Of a stretch of 64,000 nt of DNA, positions 48,492-60,108 are shown one piece after another. The first letter of the stretch is position 1; every line of letters begins with the position of its first letter. The DNA is from Cenococcum geophilum (lineage: Eukaryota), in assembly GCA_050273025.1 (NCBI GenBank), contig CP158636.1:2356001-2420000 (forward strand), written 5' to 3'. The translations under genes and the position numbers were made by a program. The notes under the pieces were generated by a model. The model did no database searches. It was given only the letters and a program-made list of their open reading frames with translations, and had not been told where the DNA came from.

Positions 48492-50174
48492 CTACTGTGA
48501 CGGGGCCTCATACCGTGGCGCCCACTGCTGGCCCTGCAACTCCTGCCTCTGAAAATCCTGCCCAGCCTGCAACTCCGTCGGCGACACCATTGGGAACGGT
48601 CGTCCCTGCAATTCCACCTGCGAAGGATACGGCCCCGGAATTGGCGGTGACGGAAACCTTGGCTCCAAACCCGCCTGCTGCTGCAGCAGCTGCTGCTGCT
48701 GCACGAAGTCATTCCTCCCTCCCAGCGGCGGCGGGGACCCCGACCCAGGCGACGGCGTCCAGTCCACCGGATACTGTCGTACCGGCTGCGGAGCGACTTC
48801 CGGAAGCACATCCTGCCGCCACTCCGCGACCTCCTTGGACGGGATCGAGTAGCGCGAGCGCGCCGTAGCGGCAGCAGTCACCGTGCTATGGCGCGCGGAG
48901 CTGAGCCCGGGTCCGGACCCGCTGAGCGACTCCAACGCCTCGCGGTCGCGCTTGTGCACGCGGTGTCTCCAGATGAGTAGGGAGATGAGGAGGCCGAAGA
49001 GGAGGGCGGCTCCGCCGGCGCCGGCGCCGATACCGATTTTGGCGGAGGTGGCAAGGCCGGCTTTGGGGGGAGGTTTGACGGGGTATTTTATTGCGTAGAC
49101 GACGTTGACAATGGCGGAAATGGGTTTTTGGGAGGTTGCGGAGGAAGCGATGGCGCTTATGATGCTATCGGGGATTGGAGGAGGTGTGAGAGGATTTAGG
49201 AGTGTGCTATAGCAGGGGGTTTGACCGCCGAATGCTGTGTTCCAGAGAAGATAGTTTCTGCGAATCGTCAGTTACAGTTTATGGAATCCGATTTACATTC
49301 TGAAAGATGTGGATTGGTCTTACGATGGACAGCAGCCGTCGCCAACTGATTGATAGTCATCTGGACATCTGTCCAAGGTAGCTTGAGCGGGGTCCACGGC
49401 AATTGGAAACCCACCAGAGGCACCCACAGCTTGCTGAGATGCTTCAGCACTGGCTAGTATAGTGATTGTTATAGTGGCTGGCACTGTCCCAGCTGCTGTC
49501 GGGGCTACCGTACTAGCAGGGACACTGAACGGACAACAATCCGATTTGCCACCTACACAACCAACAACAGGGGCCCAATATACTGTTGGGCCATCTAAGA
49601 TAGTATATTCAGGAGTTGCGCAGTAGCCTTGCATAAGGTTTCCAGAGCTAGACCATTTTGAAACCGGAGAGTGGGTTGATGAGGATGTGGTGGATGCAGG
49701 TATAGTGGCGATGATAACTGGGACGAAACTAGGTTTAGGAACTGGTGTAGCTGTAGTAGGCGTTCCTTGGGATGAGGGACTTGGCTTGACTGCTGCCGTT
49801 AGGGTAGATTTAGAAGACTCCGGTATAACTTTAGAAGTTGCCACTATTGTAGGTGGAGGGGTTGAGCTTGAGTCTGGAGGGGTAGGTGGGTTTGGATATG
49901 ACGTACTAACTGAGCCAGAGGTTGCCGCACTGGAGGCTTCTTCGCTAGGGCCTACGAAGAAGGCTGCTGTGCTAGAAGCTGCTGTGCCAGAGGCTGCTGA
50001 ACCAGAGATTGATGGGGGTTTAGAGCCGGAAATCGAAACCAAGGTCGAGGACATCACGGGTGATGGTGATTTAGTAGTGGTCATTGGAGTTGGAGTCGGG
50101 GTTGGAGTCGTGGTTGAGACCGTCATATTCTGGCGAGCAAAGAGATGAAAACCAGAAAACCGTTCCGCAGACAT
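48492..50174 (-). CDS. Ser/Thr/Pro-rich single-pass membrane protein with a Cys-rich extracellular domain (cell-surface sensor-like); exons 50174-49324 and 49257-48492
   Basis: A GT..AG intron at 49323-49258 with a ctgac branch site joins the two ORFs in frame. TM segment AKIGIGAGAGGAALLFGLLISLLIW is followed by basic residues. Start codon uncertain. Confidence 0.8.
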
Positions 50175-50432
50175 GATGCCTCCTGGTATTCTCTGCGCAA
50201 TTCAAAGTTGTTAATATCATGAAGGATTCCGAGCTGGGCGATTTAGCAGCTTAATATTTGGCGGCGGGGGCAGTTTACGCGCGTACAATATAGTGGAACT
50301 GTAAATAGGAATGAATGATGGACGAAAGTGAAAAATGAGGGGTGCACAAGGCTCTGTATTTAATAACTGCATCTTACTAGCTCATGCATCCTAAGGTTAA
50401 GCCTCTTTCCCTACTAGTACGATAAGCTAAGA

Positions 50433-51026
50433 CTACACCCTCTGGTCAATTCCGGTGGTTAGCGTGTTTTATTAACTTTCCATTAAACAGCAAAAATACC
50501 AAAACTTCCCCTCCAAAAAGGCCGTGCAGACGTGGCTGCGCTAACCAGCGGAATTGTAACTCAGCTACAGCTGTAGAGTTGTATGTTCTGCACATGAAAC
50601 AATGGGAAGGCATTTGGGCCGAGGGCATTTAGCTAAGAATGGTAAAAGCACCGTAATCCCAGCGTGTATGTTTGTAAGAATCATAATACAATCTTCTGGT
50701 GAGAATATCTGAAGAAATAAATCATAAAGTGATACATCGTCAACTAAGCTGAGTTGTAGCGCTGTCGAGTAGGAAGGCAAGAACGCCCGGGAAGATCGAA
50801 AGATGCCCAAGACTGCCAAGGCCCTATATTGTTTAGGTGTGGAATTGGATTGGATGCCTGGGAAGCTCCGGCTGCCAAGTGCACCTACTACTTGGCACCC
50901 TTAGGTATTAAGCAGGGTCTACACCCTCTCGTCAATTCCTTTTTGTAGGGGAAGTTTTGGTATTTTTGCAGTTTAAGGGAAAGTTAATAAAACACGCTGA
51001 CCACTAGAATTGACGAGAGGGTGTAG
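50433..51026. mobile_element. Small MITE (50919-51026, 20-bp TIR) plus an inverted partial copy (50433-50521)
   Basis: TIR pair ctacaccctctcgtcaattc / gaattgacgagagggtgtag. 50433-50521 is the reverse complement of ~50938-51026. Confidence 0.75.
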
Positions 51027-51364
51027 GACTCTGAGGTACGAAATGACTATGGAGGGCATTGGTTGGTAGAAATAACCAAAGAAATTTCTTTTTCGTGACG
51101 GAGAAGTACTAAAGAGAGTGGCAGCATAGGGGGTTATGTGCTGTGCTGTGCACATATACAGCCCAAATTTCCCATTACGTGCGGTTAAACGACTGTAGCG
51201 AGACCAGAATAATGGCTAGCAAAAGTTGGCAGCCAAATTAAAAGAACTAGTTGCTGATACTGAATTTCCTGATCAGTCTTTTAGCCAAGAATATCAGGTA
51301 GTTCACCACAGACCGACCCACTCTTCCCTTCCATGTAAGACTCTTTGCTTCTGAACGTTCTAAA

Positions 51365-52811
51365 TCACTCACCTCCATCAATTATATTTTCCGCTTTTGC
51401 AAGCATGGCAGCCCAAACCATCTTCGCTAATTCTGGACACTGGCATAACTTATCCTTGAAGTTTGTGAACTCCTTCTGCGCAAACGACCAAAAGTTCTCT
51501 GCAAAGTAACCGGAAATAATTTTCCGCATCTCGTTATCAGCTTCGCAGTCTGTGGATGCCTCCGCAAAGACGATCTTCGCAACAAGCAGAATTTCCAGAA
51601 GTGGCCATGGTTTTAGAATCTTCAGCTTCTCCACTACAAGCTCCATAAGATCATCAATGAGTATCTCGCGAGCAACTTCCCATGCCTCTGCACATTTTAG
51701 TATTGCGATTTGTTTTCCTGATGGTGTTGTGGCGTCCTCAACGTGAGCCTCTTTAGTTCCTCTCTTCATCAATAGAGGCTTGAAATCGCCTCTAGTTAGA
51801 AATTCAACCACGCTGGAGAAGTAAGTGGAGTTCAACTTGTTGTATGCAGGGCGGCGCATGCAATAGCCATTCTTTTCTTCCCAAGCCATGACGTCTCTGA
51901 AACATCCCCGGTTTTCGACTTGGATTCGCGGGATCTTGAAAGGTTGTTGAGATTTGCCAATGAAGAAGGTGACGATATCTTTCGGAAGACTAAATAAAAG
52001 TGTCAGCCATGACAAGTTGCCAAGTATTTGATTCCAAAAATATACTCAGAATTTGGTGTCTCGTCATCTTGGGTCGGTTCAGTTATTGGCGATCCTGATG
52101 GGGCAGGGTCATCAGATTCATCATCAGAAGTATCTTCGAAGAGGCCCAAATCTTTGAGGTCGCCTTCCTGAGATTTGGGGGATAGGGGAGCCAAAGTATC
52201 TTCGTTAGTTACACTCTTTTTGTCGCTGAGCGGAAATGGAGTGCCAAGTCTCCTTCTTTTTACGGGAGTCGGGCTTTCCGTAGAACCCAGTGTTAATAGC
52301 TTTCTCTTTCTCGATACGTTGGCGGCAGACTGCTTTGATGAATCTGACTTTTCTGGACTAGATGCGTCATTTGTGTTATCACCTTCCTGGTCGACAAGTC
52401 TAGCAAAGAGGGAGTCGCGCCAATAATCTAAGGAAGGAAATGGATTCTCAGGGTCTTGAACGGCCATATAGGCAGAGAGAAGATTGCTTTTCATGCCTGC
52501 TCTAGCATCTTCGCAAAGTGGTTCGAATCCCTCGACATCGCCACGAGCGACCCAAAGACTGAGAAAGACGTGGCATTAGTAGGGACTCAAATAATAAGAG
52601 AGGAGATGGATATATGGAGCTAGGTCGCCTACAATTCGAATTTGTGCATTACCAAAACCGGGAACATATATCCATAGGGACGAATCTTTAGGATCTTCTC
52701 TGGTACCATGTCATCAGTGCAGACAACAGCAGGCCAGAGGGGCTCAGAAGACGATAATGCAACCAAGCAGTAACTACCTGGAGTAAAGGTAGAGCTGGGA
52801 GACATGGCCAT
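51365..52811 (-). CDS. Hypothetical protein with N-terminal PWWP/Tudor-like segment and C-terminal BTB/POZ-like domain; exons 52811-52633, 52558-52046, 51989-51365
   Basis: Two GT..AG introns with ctaat/ctgac branch sites join three ORFs in frame. Motifs: EPLWPAVVC, basic NLS-like RKRK/KRRR, DIVTFFIG...VVEFLTRGDF...DLMELVVEKL. Confidence 0.75.
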
Positions 52812-54168
52812 AGCGATTATATTGGAGACTAGGCGAGCCAGGAGAACGATACTTGGAAGGAGCTGGGAGCTGCAAACGGGATAGAAAGAAAGCCGGGCCT
52901 GCTTCTGTAGTAAGAACGAATTGTATTGGTACGATAAGAATGCGCCGCTGGTGGGAGGTGAAGCCTGAACGAGCAGAATTTGATAAGAATTCAATGTGCG
53001 GGTGGTAAATGGTTGAATTGGAATGAGTAACAGCTCGAAATAAGTCAGCTGGATTGTTCGCTGCGATGTGCTTATTATTCCATCTGAGTGACGCGTAAGT
53101 TAGGGTAGCGCCGGATATTCAGGCGCATTGGGAAGGCAAACGATACTTGAGACGATGAGCAGGGTGAAAGGTAAAGAACGGCGGTTGAGAAGAAGTGGTT
53201 GGCCGAAGAATATGAATTGTGTGGGGCGCCGCGAAGCGTTGGAGTTGGACGTGAGGAGAAAGGACGAAGCGAAACCGAGTATTGGAAGTGAGCCGTCAGA
53301 TCAGCGACGAAGAAGGCTGCTAGGTTCCCAAGTCAGTGGTCGAATTTCGAGGAAGAAGCTGCAATGGAGGTGCGGAGATTGCGACACTAGAGGTAGGAAT
53401 AGCAAGAGAGGTTAGGCAGTGCTAAACGTCAGCATGGCACGGTGAGCTACCAGCGTAGGGAGCGATACATGAGCTTGGTGGGAGGCCAACGTGAAGTGAG
53501 ATAGCACTGCTTTACCTCTCTATGGCTGAGGATAGACCATAGTTTTGAGGCAGATCAATGGGCTAGGAAGGGAGATAATGGGACACCAAGTTCTTAACCA
53601 GATGAGCATTGAACTAGATTGAAGAGAGTCGTATATTTGAATGAATAATAATGAGTTGAATAGTAATGGGTTGGACAGTAATGAGTTAAGTCGATTGGGG
53701 CTTCCCTTAAGATATGCTCAAAGCAGCAGTCAGAGCAATCTCGGAGTGAACGTGTAAACTGAGAGTGGTCTTTAGGGATGGAGGCATTTGAGAAATGCTC
53801 CGGGGCTATCTGCACGCTATCGCTACATTTTGGATTTTAGGAATTAACATTTTTACTTAGTAGCAAGAATTTGTAAGTTATCTGCAATAATGGCATAAAA
53901 ATAATTTGGAGAAGAAAGATGGAGACAGCGGAGGTCGTCGACGAAATCTCCGCGTCACATGACCGTGATTTTGTCGATAGCAACATCTGGCTTCATTTGA
54001 GCTTCCCACGGCTCTCAACTCCGTGACAAATCCCTGGTGCTTCCGCCACGCCACCCCGCCTTCTCTTCTCTTCCTCTCTTCCTCTCTCTCGACCATCCCG
54101 GTCAGAAAGCTCTCCACGCACCCGTTCTCTCTAACCGTTCCATCTAACGGTTCTCGAAATCTACGAAA

Positions 54169-54800
54169 ATGCTCGGCCTCTCCAATATGCAACCGCGGCA
54201 GCTCGCCGCCCAAGTCCTCAACTTCGCGCTCGTCCTCAGCACAGCCTTCATGCTCTGGAAAGGACTCTCCGTGGCTACCGACTCGCCGTCCCCAATTGTC
54301 GTTGTGCTGTCCGGCAGCATGGAGCCTGCGTTCCAGCGCGGCGACCTCCTGTTCTTGTGGAACCGCGGGCAGGATATCCAGATCGGCGAAGTTGTGGTGT
54401 ATAATGTCAAGGGGAAGGATATCCCGATTGTGCATCGGGTTGTGAGGAGGTTTGGGGGAGGGTGAGTGCCATCATTCGTTATCCATTATGGTAATGGGGT
54501 GGATGTCGGCGCACAATTGATGGCGTTGTGTTTAGTTTTGGGAGGACAGGTTCTGATTTATTATATGACAGAGATTCGCCGCTCCAGCTCCTCACTAAGG
54601 GCGACAACAACGCGGCGGACGATACGGAGCTTTATGCACGCGGCCAGAATTTCCTCAACCGTAAGGAGGATGTCATCGGCAGTGTTGTTGGGTACATCCC
54701 ATTCGTGGGTTACGTGACAATACTGCTGAGTGAGTATCCTTGGCTGAAGCAGATCATGCTCGGGTTGATGGGACTAATGGTCGTGCTGCAGCGGGAATGA
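54169..54800 (+). CDS. SEC11: Signal peptidase complex catalytic subunit; exons 54169-54461 and 54572-54800
   Basis: [30 protein letters not shown] and LLTKGDNN motifs; canonical intron. Confidence 0.97.
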
Positions 54801-55942
54801 GCGACGAGAACGACGCAGTATTTAGAGTAGTATACCTGGTAGCATACCCGGCAGTATCGAGAGTATTGCGCCTGTTTAGTTAGAGCGGTGTAAATGGCAT
54901 TCAATGGGGCGTTCCAGGATGCTTTGAGACTTACTAGCGTTCGCATAGGTGCTAGTTTTCAGTGGGTTGAACCCGGGGGCGGAGAATGATATCCAAAAGA
55001 TCTCTCTACGGAGATGGAGAGGACATAGGGGTATTGTTGATAGTCCCCGTGAAACTGAGTATCGTGCCACACATTAAGTCAAGACGATATCTAGCCTGCA
55101 TTTCTTTGGCCACTAGTGGGATATCCTCTGCATCTCGAGGATAGAGACAAACAATGAACTCGTTGAGGAAGGAAAAGTTCGAACTCCCGGCCACTGCCTT
55201 AATACTTTGGAAACGTGAACGGATATCACGTGGGAAGACATCACCCTAACCACCGGGCCACTTCCGCATTCTGACTAGAAGGATATATAGGGGATATTGA
55301 TAATCAAGAGCAAGTCACTCGCAGACAAGAAGGCATGTGATGTATGAACCCATATCGATGGACACGTAGCGGTGAAGCCTCGAAAGGATGAATGTCCTGG
55401 ACAGTGGCGTGATTGACGAAGCGATTCTAACGAAGGAAAGATCCTTGGGAATATTGGGTGGTAATCGTTGATAAGATTAAAGAACGGTACGTGCGAAGTG
55501 TCAATCTCATGACGAAGGGGAATTAGAGAAGCAAGCATATCAGTATCACACGAAACTAGCATTGAGAACATTTCATCGCAAAGACATTTTCATACCCCAG
55601 ATAGCTAGTATACAGAGAGGAATCATGATGCCAGGAGAAGCATTACTGAGTGAGCTCATTAGCTCGTGATATAGCGTCTGGAGAAGTTAAAAGACGCGAC
55701 ACGGTCGACAGCGACACCCATGTGCTGCTGTGGACATGGAGACCACATGTTGTCAAGCTTGTGAAACCTCCCGCAAAAGAAAGCAAAGAAACCGATTCCC
55801 AATATCCTGAGCCCATGGCACCACACCGTTGGACCCGGGATACGAAGCAAATCCACCGAACAAAAGAAAAGTGGGAGTAATCGCAGAGCACAAGAGAGGA
55901 GGCTTGACCAAAACGAAGCGAGAGCAAAGGTGTGAATGACCT

Positions 55943-56439
55943 CTACTCAGAAGCTTCCTCCTCGTCATCACCACCCTATAAAGGATAAGTTAGTTTATGT
56001 CAATGATGATTCGGGGTAGTGGTCAAAAACATACAGCAGCATATGCGGCCTTCTCCTCCTCGTAACGCTTCTTGTCCGCAGCAGCCTTTGACTCGTACGG
56101 AGCCCGCTGCTTGTCGGACAATGCCTTCCATCGCTCGCCAAGCATCTTGCCAACTTCGCCTAAATTGGAGTTAGCTGTGGATCTTTTAAGCTGATTGACG
56201 TCGATGACGTACCGAACTTGATGCCGGGGTTTTCCTCGCGGACTTTTTCACGCTGTTCATTCGCAAAGAACATGTACGCGGAGAGACCACGCTTGGGTGC
56301 ATTGGGATCTGCGAAGTTGCGTGAGTTCCGCTGGAATTAGAGAAAATAAAAAGCAGGAGTGAGAATCACCCTTCTTCTTCTTGCCGGTGTCGGCTTTGGC
56401 GGCCTTAGCCTTGCGGGTAGTGGTCTTCTCCTTAGGCAT
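55943..56439 (-). CDS. NHP6: HMG-box non-histone chromosomal protein; exons 56439-56370, 56308-56213, 56159-56035, 55975-55943
   Basis: [49 protein letters not shown]...DKKRYEEEK; three canonical introns. Confidence 0.97.
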
Positions 56440-59041
56440 GTTGAGCTCGTGTGGAGTTTGGCTAAAGCGAAGCGAATATTAGTATGAGCTGGATTGCTGA
56501 TACGAGAGCGAACGAGTGGTTGCTTGCTTAGACGGTGAAGATTTTAATAAAAGAACAGGAAGGAAGCAGGCGGCGATCAGTGCAAATAAAATGCTCTCAA
56601 ACAAAAACATATTGTGATGTTGACTAGAGTGAGGTCGGTGCAGTGAATCGTTGCTGTTGGTGAGCGAGATCGCGATTTGCCAAATTGGGCTGTCACGGTC
56701 GCAAAACAACAACAATGCCCAATGGACGGGAAGTTGACTGGTTCGAAGAGAGAAAGTTAGTACTGACCTGAAAAAGTTGTGCGATTAAGAAAATGTAGTA
56801 GGTTTTGTATGCAACTGTTGTGGTGGTCAGCGCAAGTGGTTATTAAAGCGCATCGACGACGATGTCAAGGCGAAAGAGAGGATAAGTCAAGAAACATGAC
56901 GATAATAATAGAGTTTGAGGCACATGTCGCGCGGAATGAGGGGAAAAACGCGTGATTAAATGCGTGGAGTGGAGGGTTGAGTGCAGTGATGTTGACCGGA
57001 TGGTATCAAAACAGTCAAGCGAAGCTCACCAGTTTGTTTTGCCTTGGGCGCAGAGAGAGGATTTGTATGAGAGAAGTGTGAGGAGAGCGGTTGTATGAGG
57101 GCGCGGGCAGACTGCTGGTTATGCTGTGCGGGTCTCCCAGCCAGGCCACCGCTGACATAACCCACACTAACAAAGAATGGGCCAAGACACTCGCACGCTC
57201 GGTTCAAGCAGGTGCTGCCACAAACGGACGGACATGAAGGAGGGCTGCCTCGTCGCCTTTGACAGGGCAGACCTGTTGCATTTCGCATCCAGTCGCTGCA
57301 CCCATTTTGCTGCTGACCTCCTTAGGTTCCTGAGAATGATGGCAATACTGTGCATATTCTGCACTGCTCCAGCTTGCACATCATCACGAGCATGCCTATG
57401 GCGTCTGCTCATTATTTTGATCGGGAGGATGCCCTGGGCTGCGCAACTTTTAGGGAAAGCTCCATGCCTGGCAGCGCTACTTGATACAGCGACCCGACAC
57501 ACATTCCTGGTTTCATGCGACCCGTTTATTACACGCCGTTCATAGTTGGCTACCATTCGCCCACCGATGAAATTGACTTGGAACGCGTTATCTGCTCACC
57601 AGGCTGGCTGAACGGCCACCCGCAACCAGCGAACCCTTCTCTATCCAAACGCCCAGTTTGCATGTAACAAAATAACGGCTAATAACTATCTAATACCATT
57701 TCGTTCTAACGACTTCGAAAAAAATTACGGGCTCTCGAGAGGGTGTGTTTGAAAGGAATTATGGGAGGGCTATTGAGGGGTGCACGGAGGCACCGTAGGG
57801 ACACTCTAATGCCAAGCAAACGATACATGGAATCTCATGAGTATATTGCAACTAAGCTTTTAATAAGTTATGATTTGATGGAACGCAGGCTTTTAAATGC
57901 GAGGAATTCTTGCCTTGATGCAAATTTCTATAATAGTTGTTTAGGGTGCATACATTCAGTGGTCACGTGATACGCCATGTTCAGGTTTGGGATGGGTGCA
58001 GGGACTTGCATATAAGTTGGGGGCGGGCTTGGGAGCGACCTTGGGGGCGAACTTGCGGGCTTGCGGTATCTATCACTTATCTCAGGTAACATTCACGCAT
58101 GCTGAACGCATGCTGAAGGCAAGCTTGAAAGCTTCACTAGAAGACCTTCTAGGCAAGGTGTCTGGTCGGAAATGGACCAGGTTATTTTTAATACTATGGG
58201 AGGGTTCTATGGTGTTGAGTATATGATGAATTCCTTTTGCATGGGTCCTTAGGTTATCGATAAGATCTAGCCAATCAGATTAGATAAATTTGATAACCGC
58301 ACTTTGGAATATAAAGCTTTTGATTTCATAGCAAATTAGTATATAAGCTTAATATTTGGAATTAAGCTGCTCTATATAAGGTCTCCAGCAGTCGTTCTTC
58401 CTGCAGAACGGTATGATTGAATTCTATATAAATATACGCGTTGTTTTGATTCTGATGTTCGTGCACGAACCACTTCCTCTGAGGACCCCATCGTGCTAAG
58501 GGATATACGATACAATCTTTTGCGTTGACCCTCCTTTCTCTCACCTCCCACTTTGCATTCCCGAGGTTGCGCGTGCGACCCCTCTAGACGGCGTTGTTTC
58601 AAGTATGAACTAGGATGATATAAACACTACCAAGCAAAACAGATTCCAGACCCTCCGGCAAATGTAAGTTTTAGGTATTTGACACGTACGGATACCCCTA
58701 GAGGTCGGCAACAGCACCGCCAAATTAACCCCGTACGCCTCGGGCCAGCCGTCCCGCCCGCTCCTAAGGGGCGCAAACCTTTAGCTCGCGAGTATCCCAG
58801 CCAGGCGACACGTAGAAGCACCCTTTGACAGCCCCTACTGGGCAGCGTTGAAGGCGTCAGTCTGGCATGAGATCGATGCCAATAACATAATGTGAAAAGA
58901 CCTGAGAGCAAGTTCCACCATGATGGTTAGGCGTGTTCAAATCATCGGGTTTTCCACAGCTCGCAGATTTTAGACGCTCCTTGTCCAGCAGTGAGGGAAT
59001 GCTCAGCCGATGGCGCATTTAAAAAGAGAACATCATGGATA

Positions 59042-59900
59042 TCATTGAAGTTCATCTTCATCGTCCATCACAAGCTCTCGTAACATTGCGTCATTCGCCC
59101 AGTTGATGCCACTTCCAACAACCATGCCGGCCACAACGCTCTTCATGATTCGCCATCGTCTTCTTACCATTTGTACGCGGCTATCCAGCTCTTGAAGTTG
59201 AGCACGGAGTTTTGGATCCTCAATCTCCTCGGTAGATTGAGACTTCATCTCTTCAGCAAGGGCAAGGAGGGTCTGCGCGAGCTCCTTATTCTTTTCATTC
59301 GCAGAGAGGTTGCTTTTTTCAGCCGCAGCCAAGGCGCTTAATGTCGAGGACAGCTTTGCAGCAAGGGAACTATGAACCATGGAGATTACATCTCGTTCAT
59401 TAATCAGTGGAAGAAGTCTCCTACGCTCGATCAGTAATTGTCCTGTAATAATGCCTCTTTTTACATAACCTTACCTCTCAGCAATGGCAGCATTAGCACC
59501 TCCGTGAACAGCTTTGAGAACTGGGTCGGTCACCAAGACGTTATGAGCAATCCTGTTTCGCAACAGGTATTTTGTTCTTTCTTCAAGAGCTTCACGCTCT
59601 GCTTTAATCAGCTGTGCTTGTAAAACATCATCTGATATGCCAGAAAGATCTTGCAGCTGCTCTACAAATGGTCAGGCGAGATTAGAATGCCATCTGATCT
59701 TGAGACATACCTTGTGCCTGAGCCTCAAATAAACTACCCTCAAGTCGCAGTTCTTGTTCCTGATCATACAGCTCAAGTATCAACCTTTCTTGCTCGGTAA
59801 ACGTGAACGTGTCGTTCTTGTTTGCTTGTATCAAATCCGTAAACTCTGACCGCTGCGTTGGCACATCCGCTGCAACATTTTCCGTCGAGTGATCCGTCAT
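59042..59900 (-). CDS. Kinetochore protein CENP-H-like (Fta3/Mcm16 family); exons 59900-59711, 59661-59475, 59420-59042
   Basis: ILELYDQ, VLVTDPVLKAVH, ERRLLPLINERD and the C-terminal RWRIMKSVVAGMVVGSGINWA.D..LRELV; coiled-coil character; canonical introns. Confidence 0.85.
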
Positions 59901-60108
59901 AAGGTTCCGTTCCGCACCCTATCTCGAATGGTCACAAGATTTGACGTTTGTTGGTTAATAAGACCGACTTAGTCGTGACCATAGGGCATCATTACATAAG
60001 CGAGCCCCCAGATCCGGGGCCTGAAGCTCACCCTAATTTCCACATCCGCCATCAATTCTCCACGGATGCGTGGAAGCTCTCTACTTTCTATATAGAAGGG
60101 AGTCGCGG

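Noticed and set aside
49687..50148. Plus-strand 153-aa ORF and other antisense ORFs over 48.4-50.2 kb, 53.9-54.4 kb and 60-64 kb
   Set aside because: Shadow frames of real genes on the other strand or frame.
55243..55252. Telomere or telomerase-template-like accctaacc
   Set aside because: A single 9-mer with no array or supporting structure; expected by chance.
57167..57556. Overlapping 122-129 aa ORFs on both strands
   Set aside because: No recognisable motif or splice structure; cannot be supported as CDS.
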